Shown here: positions 28,541 through 38,113 of the stretch, one piece after another
Layout of the letters: each line of letters opens with the position of its first letter
Position numbering within the stretch: the stretch's first letter is position 1
Virus record (IMG/VR): IMGVR_UViG_2724679654_000001
Span: 1-64,000 of that record
DNA: 64,000 bases
Source of the DNA: a virus
Lineage: Duplodnaviria; Caudoviricetes
Reading direction: 5' to 3' (one strand)
The notes under the pieces: model-generated
What the model saw: the letters and a program-made list of their open reading frames with translations, nothing else
What the model was told of the DNA's origin: nothing
Database searches by the model: none
Position numbers and translations under genes: made by a program

Positions 28541-28851
28541 ACCACCTGCAGATTTGAGAAAAGAAGATTAGCGGCAAGCAAAACGAAATATAAACCTGCT
28601 TAGCAATATGACCAAATCAGAAACAATAAACATCATGTTATTATTATGCATTTGCAGTCTCTCGGTTACTTGAATGGAGAAAACTAAATGGCGCGTTTAT
28701 ACTTTATATTAGAAGCTATTCTATTCTAAAGTTAATTAAGTAATAAGGACTTAAGAACTCATAGCCAAGTTATTTGACATTCCGTTCCAGATTATGAGGC
28801 ATTTTTTGTCGTATATATTACGTTAGGCTTCACAAACCCACCCCGCGCGAT

Positions 28852-29424
28852 ATGAAAATGTCAATTACACTATTGAACGACCTTAGTTTCGTGATCGGAC
28901 TTATCGGACTCGCGGAAATGCATGAGCGAACAGAGGTATCGCTATGGCTTGCGGATGAGACAGGATCGATTGCAGATCCCCGCGAACAATCCTCAGAGCT
29001 TACGGAACGCTCGGTGCGAGAGCCTTGCCATGAAGATGAAGTATTAAAACCAGTTGCTACCGATCAGGAACCCGCCAAATTAATTCCGGACGGAGACGAA
29101 CCGCAATGGATGAAGTTTCTGGTACTAAAGAAGTGGCACTTCACTTTAGGCGATGTTGATTGCGTACCGTCCGTTCCGCACGGTCACGAGAACGCAAAGA
29201 CTCAATCCTGGCCAAAATTGAACCCGTATACCGGACGTGTATTTGCTGCAATACATCAGGAAGATGTGTCGCAGAGACTCGATAGAAATGAAATGCGCCT
29301 AATGTGGCGAAACAAAGACTTTGTAGAGCGTTGTCATCGTCAAGTTAACTGGTATGCCAATAACTTCCCAAGCTTCCCATTCCGTCATGCTAGGCGCGGT
29401 CTGCTGCGCTTTCCAAGATGGTGA
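28852..29424 (+). CDS. Cassette 1: hypothetical protein
   Basis: 190 aa; D.D..PSVPHGH and KLNPYTG motifs. Confidence 0.7.
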   Translation: MKMSITLLNDLSFVIGLIGLAEMHERTEVSLWLADETGSIADPREQSSELTERSVREPCHEDEVLKPVATDQEPAKLIPDGDEPQWMKFLVLKKWHFTLGDVDCVPSVPHGHENAKTQSWPKLNPYTGRVFAAIHQEDVSQRLDRNEMRLMWRNKDFVERCHRQVNWYANNFPSFPFRHARRGLLRFPRW

Positions 29425-29471
29425 AGCCTCTAGCCCTGCGCCCCTGAGCTTGAACGTTAGGCATCAAGATC

Positions 29472-29918
29472 ATGAGCCTCAATCCACAGATAACGGGTAA
29501 CCTGGGCTTGTACTACTGCTGCTACAAGCTTTCATTGCTGGGCTGGAACGTTATGCCTACAACAAGAAATGCGCGGGGCGTGGACATCATTGCCTACAGC
29601 AGAGACGCCTCTCGCTTCAAAGGCATTCAAGTTAAAGCCCTCAGCAAGCGCGCCCCTGTGCCGCTCGGGCAGTCGCTGGACAAATGCATGGGTGACTATT
29701 GGGTCATCATCAACAAGGTGGCGTCCGCAGCACCGCAGGCATTCATTCTTACGCCGTCCGAGGTAAAGGAGCTTGCCCATCGCGGAGAGAAAGAAGGCCG
29801 CGTTTCTTTCTGGCTGCAACCCAATAGCTATGAGCAGCCTCAGTTCAAAGAGGCATGGGAACGCATCGGTCACGGTGGCCTTGATGCCCAACCCGGCGCC
29901 TCTGATCTCCAACGTTAA
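29472..29918 (+). CDS. Cassette 2: putative PD-(D/E)xK endonuclease
   Basis: RNARGVDIIA....IQVK; C-terminus reads through attC remnant. Confidence 0.75.
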   Translation: MSLNPQITGNLGLYYCCYKLSLLGWNVMPTTRNARGVDIIAYSRDASRFKGIQVKALSKRAPVPLGQSLDKCMGDYWVIINKVASAAPQAFILTPSEVKELAHRGEKEGRVSFWLQPNSYEQPQFKEAWERIGHGGLDAQPGASDLQR

Positions 29919-29925
29919 GTTTTTC

Positions 29926-30588
29926 ATGCCACTGACCGAAGCCATCCAAAAAGCACAAGCTCAATCACCCTGGCATGTTGGAAATGCTGTTCTATATGAA
30001 CTATGCAGCTCTCATCCAAAACATTCCCAAGAGCCTGACGTCATTGCTAAAGTTTGGCTGGTTGGTCGAGCATATGCCGCAGCAATTGAACGTAGAAAAA
30101 ACAAGTCAGACGAAAACGCTAATTTTTACGTCACCAAAGTCGCGCCTGACATCGCTAAGTCAGCCATCGATGCATGGATTGAAGAGGCCAAGCAATACGA
30201 CCGGCCATGCCAGGAATCGTGGTCAACGTTGCTTCACGTTCATCACGAAACCACGCAACTGTTTAGCTCAATAAGTGGACTTGAGAAGCGTTCGCTGGCA
30301 TCGAAGTATCTACACTTCCATGTGCCTAAGCTTTTTTACATCTACGACACCAGAGCTAGTCAAGCCATCAGCATGCTTAGCGGCGTATTGAAGCGGGCTG
30401 GAAAGTCGAGCGCCAAAGTTGATAACGAGTATCGTAAGTTCGCCGAAAAATGCTTGTCTCTGCATGAGCATGTCGAGAGTCGATATGGTGTCAGCCTCAA
30501 CCCGAGAGAAATTGACAACTTACTGCTTTATGTTCACGAAAAAAACCTAATCATTCGTTCAACGGGACTGCCTACGGCAGCTCGTTAG
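29926..30588 (+). CDS. Cassette 3: putative HhH/OGG-fold DNA glycosylase-like protein
   Basis: SLASKYLHFH.P.LFYIYD.RA motif; ATG directly after GTTAAGT core. Confidence 0.55.
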   Translation: MPLTEAIQKAQAQSPWHVGNAVLYELCSSHPKHSQEPDVIAKVWLVGRAYAAAIERRKNKSDENANFYVTKVAPDIAKSAIDAWIEEAKQYDRPCQESWSTLLHVHHETTQLFSSISGLEKRSLASKYLHFHVPKLFYIYDTRASQAISMLSGVLKRAGKSSAKVDNEYRKFAEKCLSLHEHVESRYGVSLNPREIDNLLLYVHEKNLIIRSTGLPTAAR

Positions 30589-30712
30589 AATTATCAAAAG
30601 GCGTTCTGCAATAAAGGGAAGTCTGGATAAAGATAATTCGCATTAGGGATCGGGCAGCATGCCCCCTGTGGGGCCATACCATTAGGTGTTAGTTGTTGAC
30701 ACCGCATAGCTA

Positions 30713-32716
30713 TCAATTGCTTAACCCACCAGTAACAATATGCGCAATCCGTCTATCCTTAACATCCTGACCTACTTCTTGCTGTGCTGAAGCAATAACC
30801 GTTTGATTCCTGCTTCCCGTGCTTGCCAATGGCTCTACAATTGATGGCTCATCCGCTGGCAATTGAGGCGCTGGCATTCGGGGTGATTCTGGCACCTGTG
30901 CGTGAGCGGTTTGAACATTCACAACGGTTGCGGCATAGCGTTTATCCAGTGCAATACGGTTGGTATCAATGTACTCGGATGCCGTTCTGCTATTAGCGCC
31001 ATAATTCAGGTTCATTGATCGCTGAGTGTTGGATGATAAGTCATCCTTCGATTTTCCACCCTCAGACCCGCGTATGATCTCTTGCGCAGCACTTGGTCCA
31101 AGTTGGTGCATCATGTATATGTTTTCTGCAGTGACCGGCAATCCTGCTTTTCTAAGCATGGCCATGTTCTGGCTGGTTAACTTCATCCCGCCTTCAATGT
31201 TCTGATCAACATCGAAACGATTCTTTATTCCCACACCTGACGCTGTTTGTCCGGTGAATTGATATAACCCGAGCGCGCCAGTCTTGCTGATGGCATTGGG
31301 ATTGCCGCCGCTCTCCATTGCCGCTATTTTCTGCATCATTACCGGGCCAAGTCCATATTTCTTAGCCTGGGCAGATATCTTATCCTGTATTTCCTGCGAT
31401 ATTCCGCCCGGAATATTGGCTGAAGTGTTGGCAGCACTGGTCTTTAATGTCTTGATGCGCTTGGCTTCGGCATCGGTATAGGTTCCATATCTTGATAGAT
31501 CCTCACCGCCCTTGATGCCGTCAAACATCGCTTTGTGACGGTAACCTTTTAGCGTTACATTCTCTAATGCAGATCCTGCCCCGGCCTTTGCAACATCGTA
31601 TGCGCGCTTTGTGGCCGAGGTAATGCTTGATACTTTATCGGTGATAGGCTTGATTGCTTTTGGAATATCAATACCAAGCTTATCTTTTACAAACCTAGTG
31701 AATATATTCCAGGATGATTCTACTTTGCTTCCAATGCTGCTAAGTACATTGTTGAATTTGTCTGTTGTAGAATCCCAGGAATTGATGATTTTTGTAGCCA
31801 CTGATTTAAAATCAGTAACAGTCTCATCCCATGCCTTGCCTATTGCTCCACCGGTTATGGATGCACCGGAAGCAATGAATGGCAATGCCATCGCAAGCAT
31901 AGGTAGAATATAACGCCTCAACCAGCTGCTATCACCGCCTGATGGATCTGATGAAGATGTTGTCTCATCAATGTTCTTTAGGCTTTTGTTGGCTGCCTTA
32001 TTGAAAACCGACTCATCCCTTCGGAATAGCTTTATTTCACCAAATATCTTTCTAAACCACCGGAAAGTATTCTTTTGTTCACGCCCGGTACCGGCTGTCA
32101 GGATCTCATAACCACGCGCCATGGGTTGCGCCACTTCACTGAATGCCTTAATTGCCGGGTCAGTTTCCTCCATGCCGCTGCTGGCAGAACTCACGGCATC
32201 AGCAATCTTTCCAGCCGCTGCGCGCACTACCCCATCTTCGGATGGTGATGAGCTAACATATTTGTCATTGCTGCCAGCACTTTCATTTCCGAATAAAGGA
32301 CTGCTGCTGCCACCATTCTTTATGAATCGACCGGTTTTGGTGTCTCTTTCGGCGGACTGATTCACTTTTGCAGTCGATCTGACATTTCCCGGTGTTGCGG
32401 TTGGTTTTAGTTGTGCCATGGCAGTTTTGCGAGTGCTGGCAGCCGATGGTGCTGATGATGATGCTTTGGATTTACGCGCGCTTTCATCCCTGCGCTGTGG
32501 TATGGCAACCGGTTGTTGCGGTGCGCGTTCGTTGTCACTCTTGCGATTGGCTGATACCTGCCTGTCAGATGGCAATCCGGATACAACCTTCCCACTGAGT
32601 GCCAATCTAACGGCTCTCATGTCATTCCTGATGTCACTCCACAGGTCAAACGTTCTGTTTAAGTCGAGCGGTTCGCCTATCAGGAAGCCGTCATTGTCGC
32701 TTTTAATGTTTGCCAT
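30713..32716 (-). CDS. Tape-measure-like protein with lytic transglycosylase domain (P1 Sit-like)
   Basis: AAMESGGNPNAIS..GALGLYQF SLT motif; Trp-spaced amphipathic repeats. Confidence 0.75.
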   Translation of the reverse strand: MANIKSDNDGFLIGEPLDLNRTFDLWSDIRNDMRAVRLALSGKVVSGLPSDRQVSANRKSDNERAPQQPVAIPQRRDESARKSKASSSAPSAASTRKTAMAQLKPTATPGNVRSTAKVNQSAERDTKTGRFIKNGGSSSPLFGNESAGSNDKYVSSSPSEDGVVRAAAGKIADAVSSASSGMEETDPAIKAFSEVAQPMARGYEILTAGTGREQKNTFRWFRKIFGEIKLFRRDESVFNKAANKSLKNIDETTSSSDPSGGDSSWLRRYILPMLAMALPFIASGASITGGAIGKAWDETVTDFKSVATKIINSWDSTTDKFNNVLSSIGSKVESSWNIFTRFVKDKLGIDIPKAIKPITDKVSSITSATKRAYDVAKAGAGSALENVTLKGYRHKAMFDGIKGGEDLSRYGTYTDAEAKRIKTLKTSAANTSANIPGGISQEIQDKISAQAKKYGLGPVMMQKIAAMESGGNPNAISKTGALGLYQFTGQTASGVGIKNRFDVDQNIEGGMKLTSQNMAMLRKAGLPVTAENIYMMHQLGPSAAQEIIRGSEGGKSKDDLSSNTQRSMNLNYGANSRTASEYIDTNRIALDKRYAATVVNVQTAHAQVPESPRMPAPQLPADEPSIVEPLASTGSRNQTVIASAQQEVGQDVKDRRIAHIVTGGLSN

Positions 32717-32723
32717 GGTCTAT

Positions 32724-33635
32724 TTACATTTTAATAAAAGTGTCGAGTTGCGAAAATGTCATCTGGATTTCCTGTATCGCATCATCGCGCCGGGATAGGC
32801 TTATTTCCAGATTTGACGGCCTGAACCAGCCAATGCTCTCGTAAGCTTCTGCTGGCGCGCTTGCCCGGGTGATAAAGGAGTGAACAATTTTAAACTGTAT
32901 CGCATACTGGCTAGGGGTGCCCATGGTGCCATCCTGAGATATAGTTGCCGCATGATGTTGCTCATACCAGCGTTTTATCGTGCCAAATTGATCATCCATT
33001 GTGGTTACACGCAGTTCGACCGGCTCGCTGCTTTGAGGAAAATCAAGAACAGCCCCGCCTACCTTGCGTTTGTCTGCTGATATGGTCAGTGGTGTGTAAT
33101 CAAGCTCCGTGGCGAACAGATTGAACCATTGCGATATCCAATCACCCATAAGCGCGCTTGATACCTCAATCAGAAACAGATTCTTTTTCGATAGCCGGGC
33201 ATTTCGCATCGTTTGGTATATTTGCCGGGCTTCGGTAGGCGTGATGCCGCCAAATAATGGCGTTGGTCTACCCCAATACATGGCTTGTGATGCAATTCCG
33301 CTCATTCCTGGCAGGAAATCATTCAATAATCCGGAATCAAGCACGCGCAGTCCGGCGCCACTGATATCTCCGCGCATCAGATCACCTACGACACCGCCAC
33401 CTACATTCAATGCTCTATGGGCTTCTATCGGTATGTGCTGGTTAATCGCATTCCGGACGACATTGGTTGCCATGGCTCCACCAATGTTTGATACGGCTTG
33501 AGCTAATTCACCGCCGCCCATCATATTAGCGGTCTGTTTGCTGATCCCGCCCGTGATAGACGTGGTACCTGAAATAGTGGCTCCAATCGTTCCTTGTCTG
33601 GATAGTGCTTGCGATACGTTGTTGTATAAGGACAT
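32724..33635 (-). CDS. Virion morphogenesis protein (tube/baseplate-like C-terminal domain)
   Basis: Position between portal and tape measure; beta-rich C-terminus ending in MTFSQ. Confidence 0.5.
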   Translation of the reverse strand: MSLYNNVSQALSRQGTIGATISGTTSITGGISKQTANMMGGGELAQAVSNIGGAMATNVVRNAINQHIPIEAHRALNVGGGVVGDLMRGDISGAGLRVLDSGLLNDFLPGMSGIASQAMYWGRPTPLFGGITPTEARQIYQTMRNARLSKKNLFLIEVSSALMGDWISQWFNLFATELDYTPLTISADKRKVGGAVLDFPQSSEPVELRVTTMDDQFGTIKRWYEQHHAATISQDGTMGTPSQYAIQFKIVHSFITRASAPAEAYESIGWFRPSNLEISLSRRDDAIQEIQMTFSQLDTFIKM

Positions 33636-33639
33636 ATTG

Positions 33640-35280
33640 TTACCTGCCTTTTCTGCGGCGTTGTTTGCGGTTCTGGATAATTGGAGTATCTGTTTCTATC
33701 ACGCTATCCATTTTTTCTTGACCGAATCCTTGCCCACCTGGTCCGTCACCCGGGTTTTCATCCTTCGTTTCTACAATTGGCGCATACAGTTTTGCCTGAT
33801 CTTCATCGAGCATCATGGTCTTGGATAAGAACTCTTGCATCATTTCTTTAGTAGCGCCAATATCTTTCATTTGCTGCATGGCTTGAACCAGTATCATCCC
33901 GGAATTCATCGAATCAGCTTTCGTGCGTTGCTTCTCAGCTTCTAATGCTGAGATAGAACCGTAGAAATTAACAGTAAATGGCCGTTCATGAGGATGAAAC
34001 ACCGTTCCATACTTGTGCATCGTATGGATATCAATAGCGTGATAAATAAATTCTGATAATGAGTTACGAATAATCCTTGAGTTTTCTGCTGCCTGAGCCG
34101 ACATTCTGAAAAATCCACCTTCACCAAGACCGCCAGCCAGTTGGTCGGCAAAACCAAGCATAGCCAGATCAACGCCAATGGCACCGGAATACATGCGGGC
34201 GTGAAGCATAATATCTTCAATGCTGATATTGTTTGTTCTACCAGACTGACCACCATTTGCGTTACCCACGGTCGTGAGTTGTTTTTCATTGAACGTAGGA
34301 ATAATGTGCCTGATCCGTTCCAATACCGGCTGACCGTTCTTGACAGCATCTTCAGCACGCAGTTTCGATGCGGTCAGCATGGCTTTAATAGATGCCAGGA
34401 ATCGGTTTTGTTGCTCAATCGACATTGACGTTAGGTTAACAGTCAGCATTTGTTCGTCTATCGAATCCAGCCACCGTTGGCCAACAATACCGACAAGTGA
34501 TGAATACAGATTGTCGTATGGGCCTTCAGCGTTATAGAACAGCGAGCCACCGGCCATGCTTGGCATGATTGGTAGATTCTCAATGTTATCTTCGGTAATT
34601 GCTATCCTTAACGCCTTCTCTACAACCCCAAACTGTGGCACCCATTGCGTGCGCGGCATTTTGAAGCGTGCCATCTGTGAGATATCCAGTCGCTCGAAAT
34701 TGCGCGCCCCGGTATAGACCGCATAGCCAATTGTTCTATTACCCTTCTCGAACGGCTGCACCAATTGCGGCCTGATCATTTCTCCGGTGTAAAGATCCAC
34801 AACTCCGCGCGATCTTTCTGCATAAATTCGCGCGAAAGAGTCGCCAAAAGCTGCCCCGGTGTACGCCACTGTGCGCGCCTCACGGTTAATCAGTGGCGAT
34901 AATGAAGCCGATATCTCATCAGCAATAGCAGCCAATCTTTTGTTCTTTTTGGCCTCCGCCGTCTTTTCGATAAAGACCAGATCACCGCTTGTTTCGTGCC
35001 CACCAAGCGCGCAAGTAACCAGCAATCCTATTGCGGTCGATCCAATCGGATCTGATTCCATACTCGACCATTTGTTATAAATCTGCTGGCGTGACCTGGC
35101 GGCGCGTCTGTCAGTCCCCAGCAATGACGAGACAGTGGTCTGTCCTGATCCGTAAAGATACGCATCGGATTCTTTTATTTCCTTGGCCGCCGGGAGATTG
35201 GATTTAGCCCATTTACTGGATGTCATTCCAATACTGGCAAGAAAGCTGTTCTTTTTGATGTGATTTTCTGACTGCGGCAT
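33640..35280 (-). CDS. Portal protein (P1-like)
   Basis: 546 aa; MESDP, GGLGEGGFFR; divergent from protease. Confidence 0.75.
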   Translation of the reverse strand: MPQSENHIKKNSFLASIGMTSSKWAKSNLPAAKEIKESDAYLYGSGQTTVSSLLGTDRRAARSRQQIYNKWSSMESDPIGSTAIGLLVTCALGGHETSGDLVFIEKTAEAKKNKRLAAIADEISASLSPLINREARTVAYTGAAFGDSFARIYAERSRGVVDLYTGEMIRPQLVQPFEKGNRTIGYAVYTGARNFERLDISQMARFKMPRTQWVPQFGVVEKALRIAITEDNIENLPIMPSMAGGSLFYNAEGPYDNLYSSLVGIVGQRWLDSIDEQMLTVNLTSMSIEQQNRFLASIKAMLTASKLRAEDAVKNGQPVLERIRHIIPTFNEKQLTTVGNANGGQSGRTNNISIEDIMLHARMYSGAIGVDLAMLGFADQLAGGLGEGGFFRMSAQAAENSRIIRNSLSEFIYHAIDIHTMHKYGTVFHPHERPFTVNFYGSISALEAEKQRTKADSMNSGMILVQAMQQMKDIGATKEMMQEFLSKTMMLDEDQAKLYAPIVETKDENPGDGPGGQGFGQEKMDSVIETDTPIIQNRKQRRRKGR

Positions 35281-35312
35281 GTTTCGCGCACCATGAACAT
35301 GATAATTCCATG

Positions 35313-35353
35313 ATGTTATGGTTTTGCAACCCCAGAAATGCCTTGATTTTCCG
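35313..35353 (-). promoter_or_regulatory. Late promoter (portal operon)
   Basis: CGGAAAA-N28-TAACAT on minus strand. Confidence 0.7.
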
Positions 35354-35370
35354 CAACAGACGCGCGTTAC

Positions 35371-35411
35371 CGGAAAACTGCGGGTGAGAGCGTTTTTTCA
35401 AAAGGCATTAT
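35371..35411 (+). promoter_or_regulatory. Late promoter (protease operon)
   Basis: CGGAAAA-N28-CATTAT. Confidence 0.7.
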
Positions 35412-35441
35412 TGACTCAATTAGATAAAACAAGGAGTCAAT

Positions 35442-36290
35442 ATGCCTATATCTACGCCAATGATTCAATATTCCCTCAAAGAAAGAGGGCGGAAACATAC
35501 CGGGCAGGTGCGAAATTTTAATACCAGATTGATATGTGATGCTATTAATAGTCCGGCTTGTCAGGAAATGGTTTCTTCCAGAGGGATGGTTGGATATTAC
35601 GGTCATTTCCCCCGCGTGCGCTTTGGCATGATGCCATCCGAAGGCGGCATGGATGGCGGCAAATATGTGCCGGTCGACCCCGCGTTCGTTACCACACACT
35701 TGAGCGCAACACCTGATGGGATCATCAGGCATCAGGCCGAATTTCTGGATACCGCAGCCGGTTTGGTTGCGGCCAAGGCATGGAATGGCAGGGTCGGTGG
35801 ATTTTCTTCAGCGATCGACGAAGCCAAGCCTCAGTTCTTTGGTTTTGATTACGTGTTACAGCCTAACTATCTTGATAATTCCTTCCGTGGCGTTGTTTTG
35901 GATGATGTCATGGGCGGCAATTATGGTGATCTGACTTACGACGATATCTACGCGGCTGAACAAGACGAACAAAAACAAGCAATGATTGTATTGCTGGATA
36001 GCTTGGATCGTGAGCGCGGTGCAGCCAGCGAAGCAATTGAGCGACTGCAGCAAGAAAACGAGCAACTTCTATCAATGCTGACAAAGAAGGGTATCGATCC
36101 ATCAATGGTACTTGATGCGGCTTTTGTTGCTCCCATAACGGTATCCGGTGGAACCCTTGACTCAATCCAGCGAGATATTGATAGCTTCAGGAAAGCGGAA
36201 TCGCTACCGGGATTCGTTTCCCCTGTGAAAGAGAAAAAGGAAGAGGTTAATTCCGTTGCCAATCGATTAATTAGCAGATTTACACGGTAG
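35442..36290 (+). CDS. Prohead processing protease (P1 Pro-like)
   Basis: GYYGH..R, H..EFLDT, GGFSSA, GFDYV.QPNY. Confidence 0.75.
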   Translation: MPISTPMIQYSLKERGRKHTGQVRNFNTRLICDAINSPACQEMVSSRGMVGYYGHFPRVRFGMMPSEGGMDGGKYVPVDPAFVTTHLSATPDGIIRHQAEFLDTAAGLVAAKAWNGRVGGFSSAIDEAKPQFFGFDYVLQPNYLDNSFRGVVLDDVMGGNYGDLTYDDIYAAEQDEQKQAMIVLLDSLDRERGAASEAIERLQQENEQLLSMLTKKGIDPSMVLDAAFVAPITVSGGTLDSIQRDIDSFRKAESLPGFVSPVKEKKEEVNSVANRLISRFTR

Positions 36291-36298
36291 GGCTGGGC

Positions 36299-37024
36299 GT
36301 GTTAGAGCCAGTCAAAGTAGCTTTTGGTGAGTATATGGGAGCATTTTATGCGGAGATAGCGCCCACCACTAGCGGATTGCATGAATATGTTGCGCGCGGC
36401 CTTGCGAAAAGCATTGTGTGGGCACCTTCAAGAATGGTTGATGCTGTAGAGGAAATGCTTTCATCATGGCAGCGCAATGATACGGATGGCGCGCCCACAC
36501 AGCCCGCAAAGATGCCGGTTATCTTTGTGGCAATCGCAAAAGATTACACGCCATCAGGTCGTGATTATACGCGGCAAATTTCTGAGCAAGTGGAAGTTAT
36601 ATTACCCAGCGACACCAAAGAGCGTGATTTTAAAGTGCGTGTAATTGCGGGCGATATTCGTGCGCAAATTGCATTCTGTGCCCATGACGAGCCAACCGCC
36701 CGGTCATTAGCGTCACAGTTTCTGTTATATCTGGATAACATGGAGAACAGACGGTTTTTCGCCACCTACACGTTTGCCGATCAGAATCTCACTTGGCCGG
36801 TGCAAATTGAATCACCAGACAACCCCGCCATGTCCATTCAAACGGACTCGAAGAATTTAACAATACTGGCATGTGATGTCACATTAAAAGCATCAATACC
36901 ATTATTCAGCGCACCTGCTGATAGTGATCCTAATGATGGCAAAGGTACCGTTGGTGATCCTGATGATCCGTCCGGATATCAGGTTGTTGTGCAGGTTAAC
37001 TATACCGAAGAGGATGTTATTTGA
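36299..37024 (+). CDS. Putative tail completion/morphogenesis protein
   Basis: Position in late operon; 241 aa. Confidence 0.5.
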   Translation: MLEPVKVAFGEYMGAFYAEIAPTTSGLHEYVARGLAKSIVWAPSRMVDAVEEMLSSWQRNDTDGAPTQPAKMPVIFVAIAKDYTPSGRDYTRQISEQVEVILPSDTKERDFKVRVIAGDIRAQIAFCAHDEPTARSLASQFLLYLDNMENRRFFATYTFADQNLTWPVQIESPDNPAMSIQTDSKNLTILACDVTLKASIPLFSAPADSDPNDGKGTVGDPDDPSGYQVVVQVNYTEEDVI

Positions 37025-37278
37025 TGGGAATTTACATAGACGCTGATGTTGATTTGATTAACAGCATAGCTATAGCTTGGCTGCTAATCGGGTTGATCTG
37101 GACGCTAATCGTGCTGCGGGTATGTGCCAAGGATCAGGATGACTATGAGTTTATAAGCCAGAAACTTGGGATCGTTATTCTCACCTCAGTTATCGCATGG
37201 CCTTATAACCTGTTCTGCTGGATATTCTCATGGTCTATTTGGTTAACGCCGCTTAGTGAGCTATTTAGACGTAAATGA
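37021..37278 (+). CDS. Small two-TM membrane protein
   Basis: Two hydrophobic segments, overlaps neighbours. Confidence 0.55.
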   Translation: MMGIYIDADVDLINSIAIAWLLIGLIWTLIVLRVCAKDQDDYEFISQKLGIVILTSVIAWPYNLFCWIFSWSIWLTPLSELFRRK

Positions 37279-37763
37279 TAAAAATACAAGCAACATTTAT
37301 TGGTTATGGCGGGCGCGCCTGTACCCTGTTTTCTGCTATCGATCCGGATTCTAATGTTCTGGTTGTCAGTGTTGAATCTGACTATAGGGCAGATCGCATG
37401 GATGGCTGTATCGTCATGACCAATAATCCTGAAATACCTTACGACAGCCTATTTACTGATGACGACATCAGGGCGTCAATATCGGCCTTCTTTGCGCTCA
37501 AAACCGGTTTTGCCAATGACAATAAAAGCCAAAGATTGGTTTTTTCTGAGCGGGCGACAAGATCAAATCCAGAGCAATCGATTGAGAAGGATGGGATGGA
37601 TTCTTCCGGACAGCGCTTTCGTATATCCGAAGGCGTTACCTGTGGACAGATGGCGGCTCTAGCCACATGCCTGTATGCATCTCGTTCCAGCGCTATCAAT
37701 AGCGCCCTGAATATGTTCGATGATCTTAATGCACTTTCGCGCGGTGAAATTATCACTATTTGA
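37275..37763 (+). CDS. Hypothetical virion morphogenesis protein
   Basis: Coupled ORF in late operon. Confidence 0.6.
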   Translation: MIKIQATFIGYGGRACTLFSAIDPDSNVLVVSVESDYRADRMDGCIVMTNNPEIPYDSLFTDDDIRASISAFFALKTGFANDNKSQRLVFSERATRSNPEQSIEKDGMDSSGQRFRISEGVTCGQMAALATCLYASRSSAINSALNMFDDLNALSRGEIITI

Positions 37764-37774
37764 GAGCCAATCTG

Positions 37775-38110
37775 ATGATTGATAAAAACTCCACTGCGGC
37801 CAAGAATTTCTACAAAGAGATTCGACTATTCTCTGAAAGAACCAAACCTTGGGAAGCGCAGGTATCTTATGAAACCAAGCCAGACGAAGCGCATGACCTG
37901 ACGCTAGTTTCGCAACGTGTTTATGGTCGCCGCGATGAATTTCTGGTGATTATGGCCGCTGCCGGTCTGGATATGGTCGATCAGGAATTGCCACAAAAGC
38001 GCTTGACGCTCCCAACTGAAGCGCAGCTATACGCCATCAAGCGGCGTACCGGTTTTGAATCAAAGGCAGATAACCGGTTCAATTTTTCGCCAACATGGGC
38101 GAAATCCTAG
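37775..38110 (+). CDS. Putative baseplate protein (LysM-like)
   Basis: PDE..DLTLVS.RVYG motif. Confidence 0.55.
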   Translation: MIDKNSTAAKNFYKEIRLFSERTKPWEAQVSYETKPDEAHDLTLVSQRVYGRRDEFLVIMAAAGLDMVDQELPQKRLTLPTEAQLYAIKRRTGFESKADNRFNFSPTWAKS

Positions 38111-38113
38111 ATT

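Larger units (their letters stand above)
28822..30590 (+). mobile_element. Array of three integron-type gene cassettes with degenerate attC sites; no intI in window
   Basis: GTTRRRY-like cores at 28822, 29456, 29914 and 30584 bracketing three co-oriented ORFs; attC-like remnants after each ORF. Confidence 0.75.

Noticed and set aside
29773-29925. N-terminal extension of cassette 3 ORF
   Set aside because: Crosses the attC remnant and overlaps cassette 2; ATG 29926 fits cassette structure
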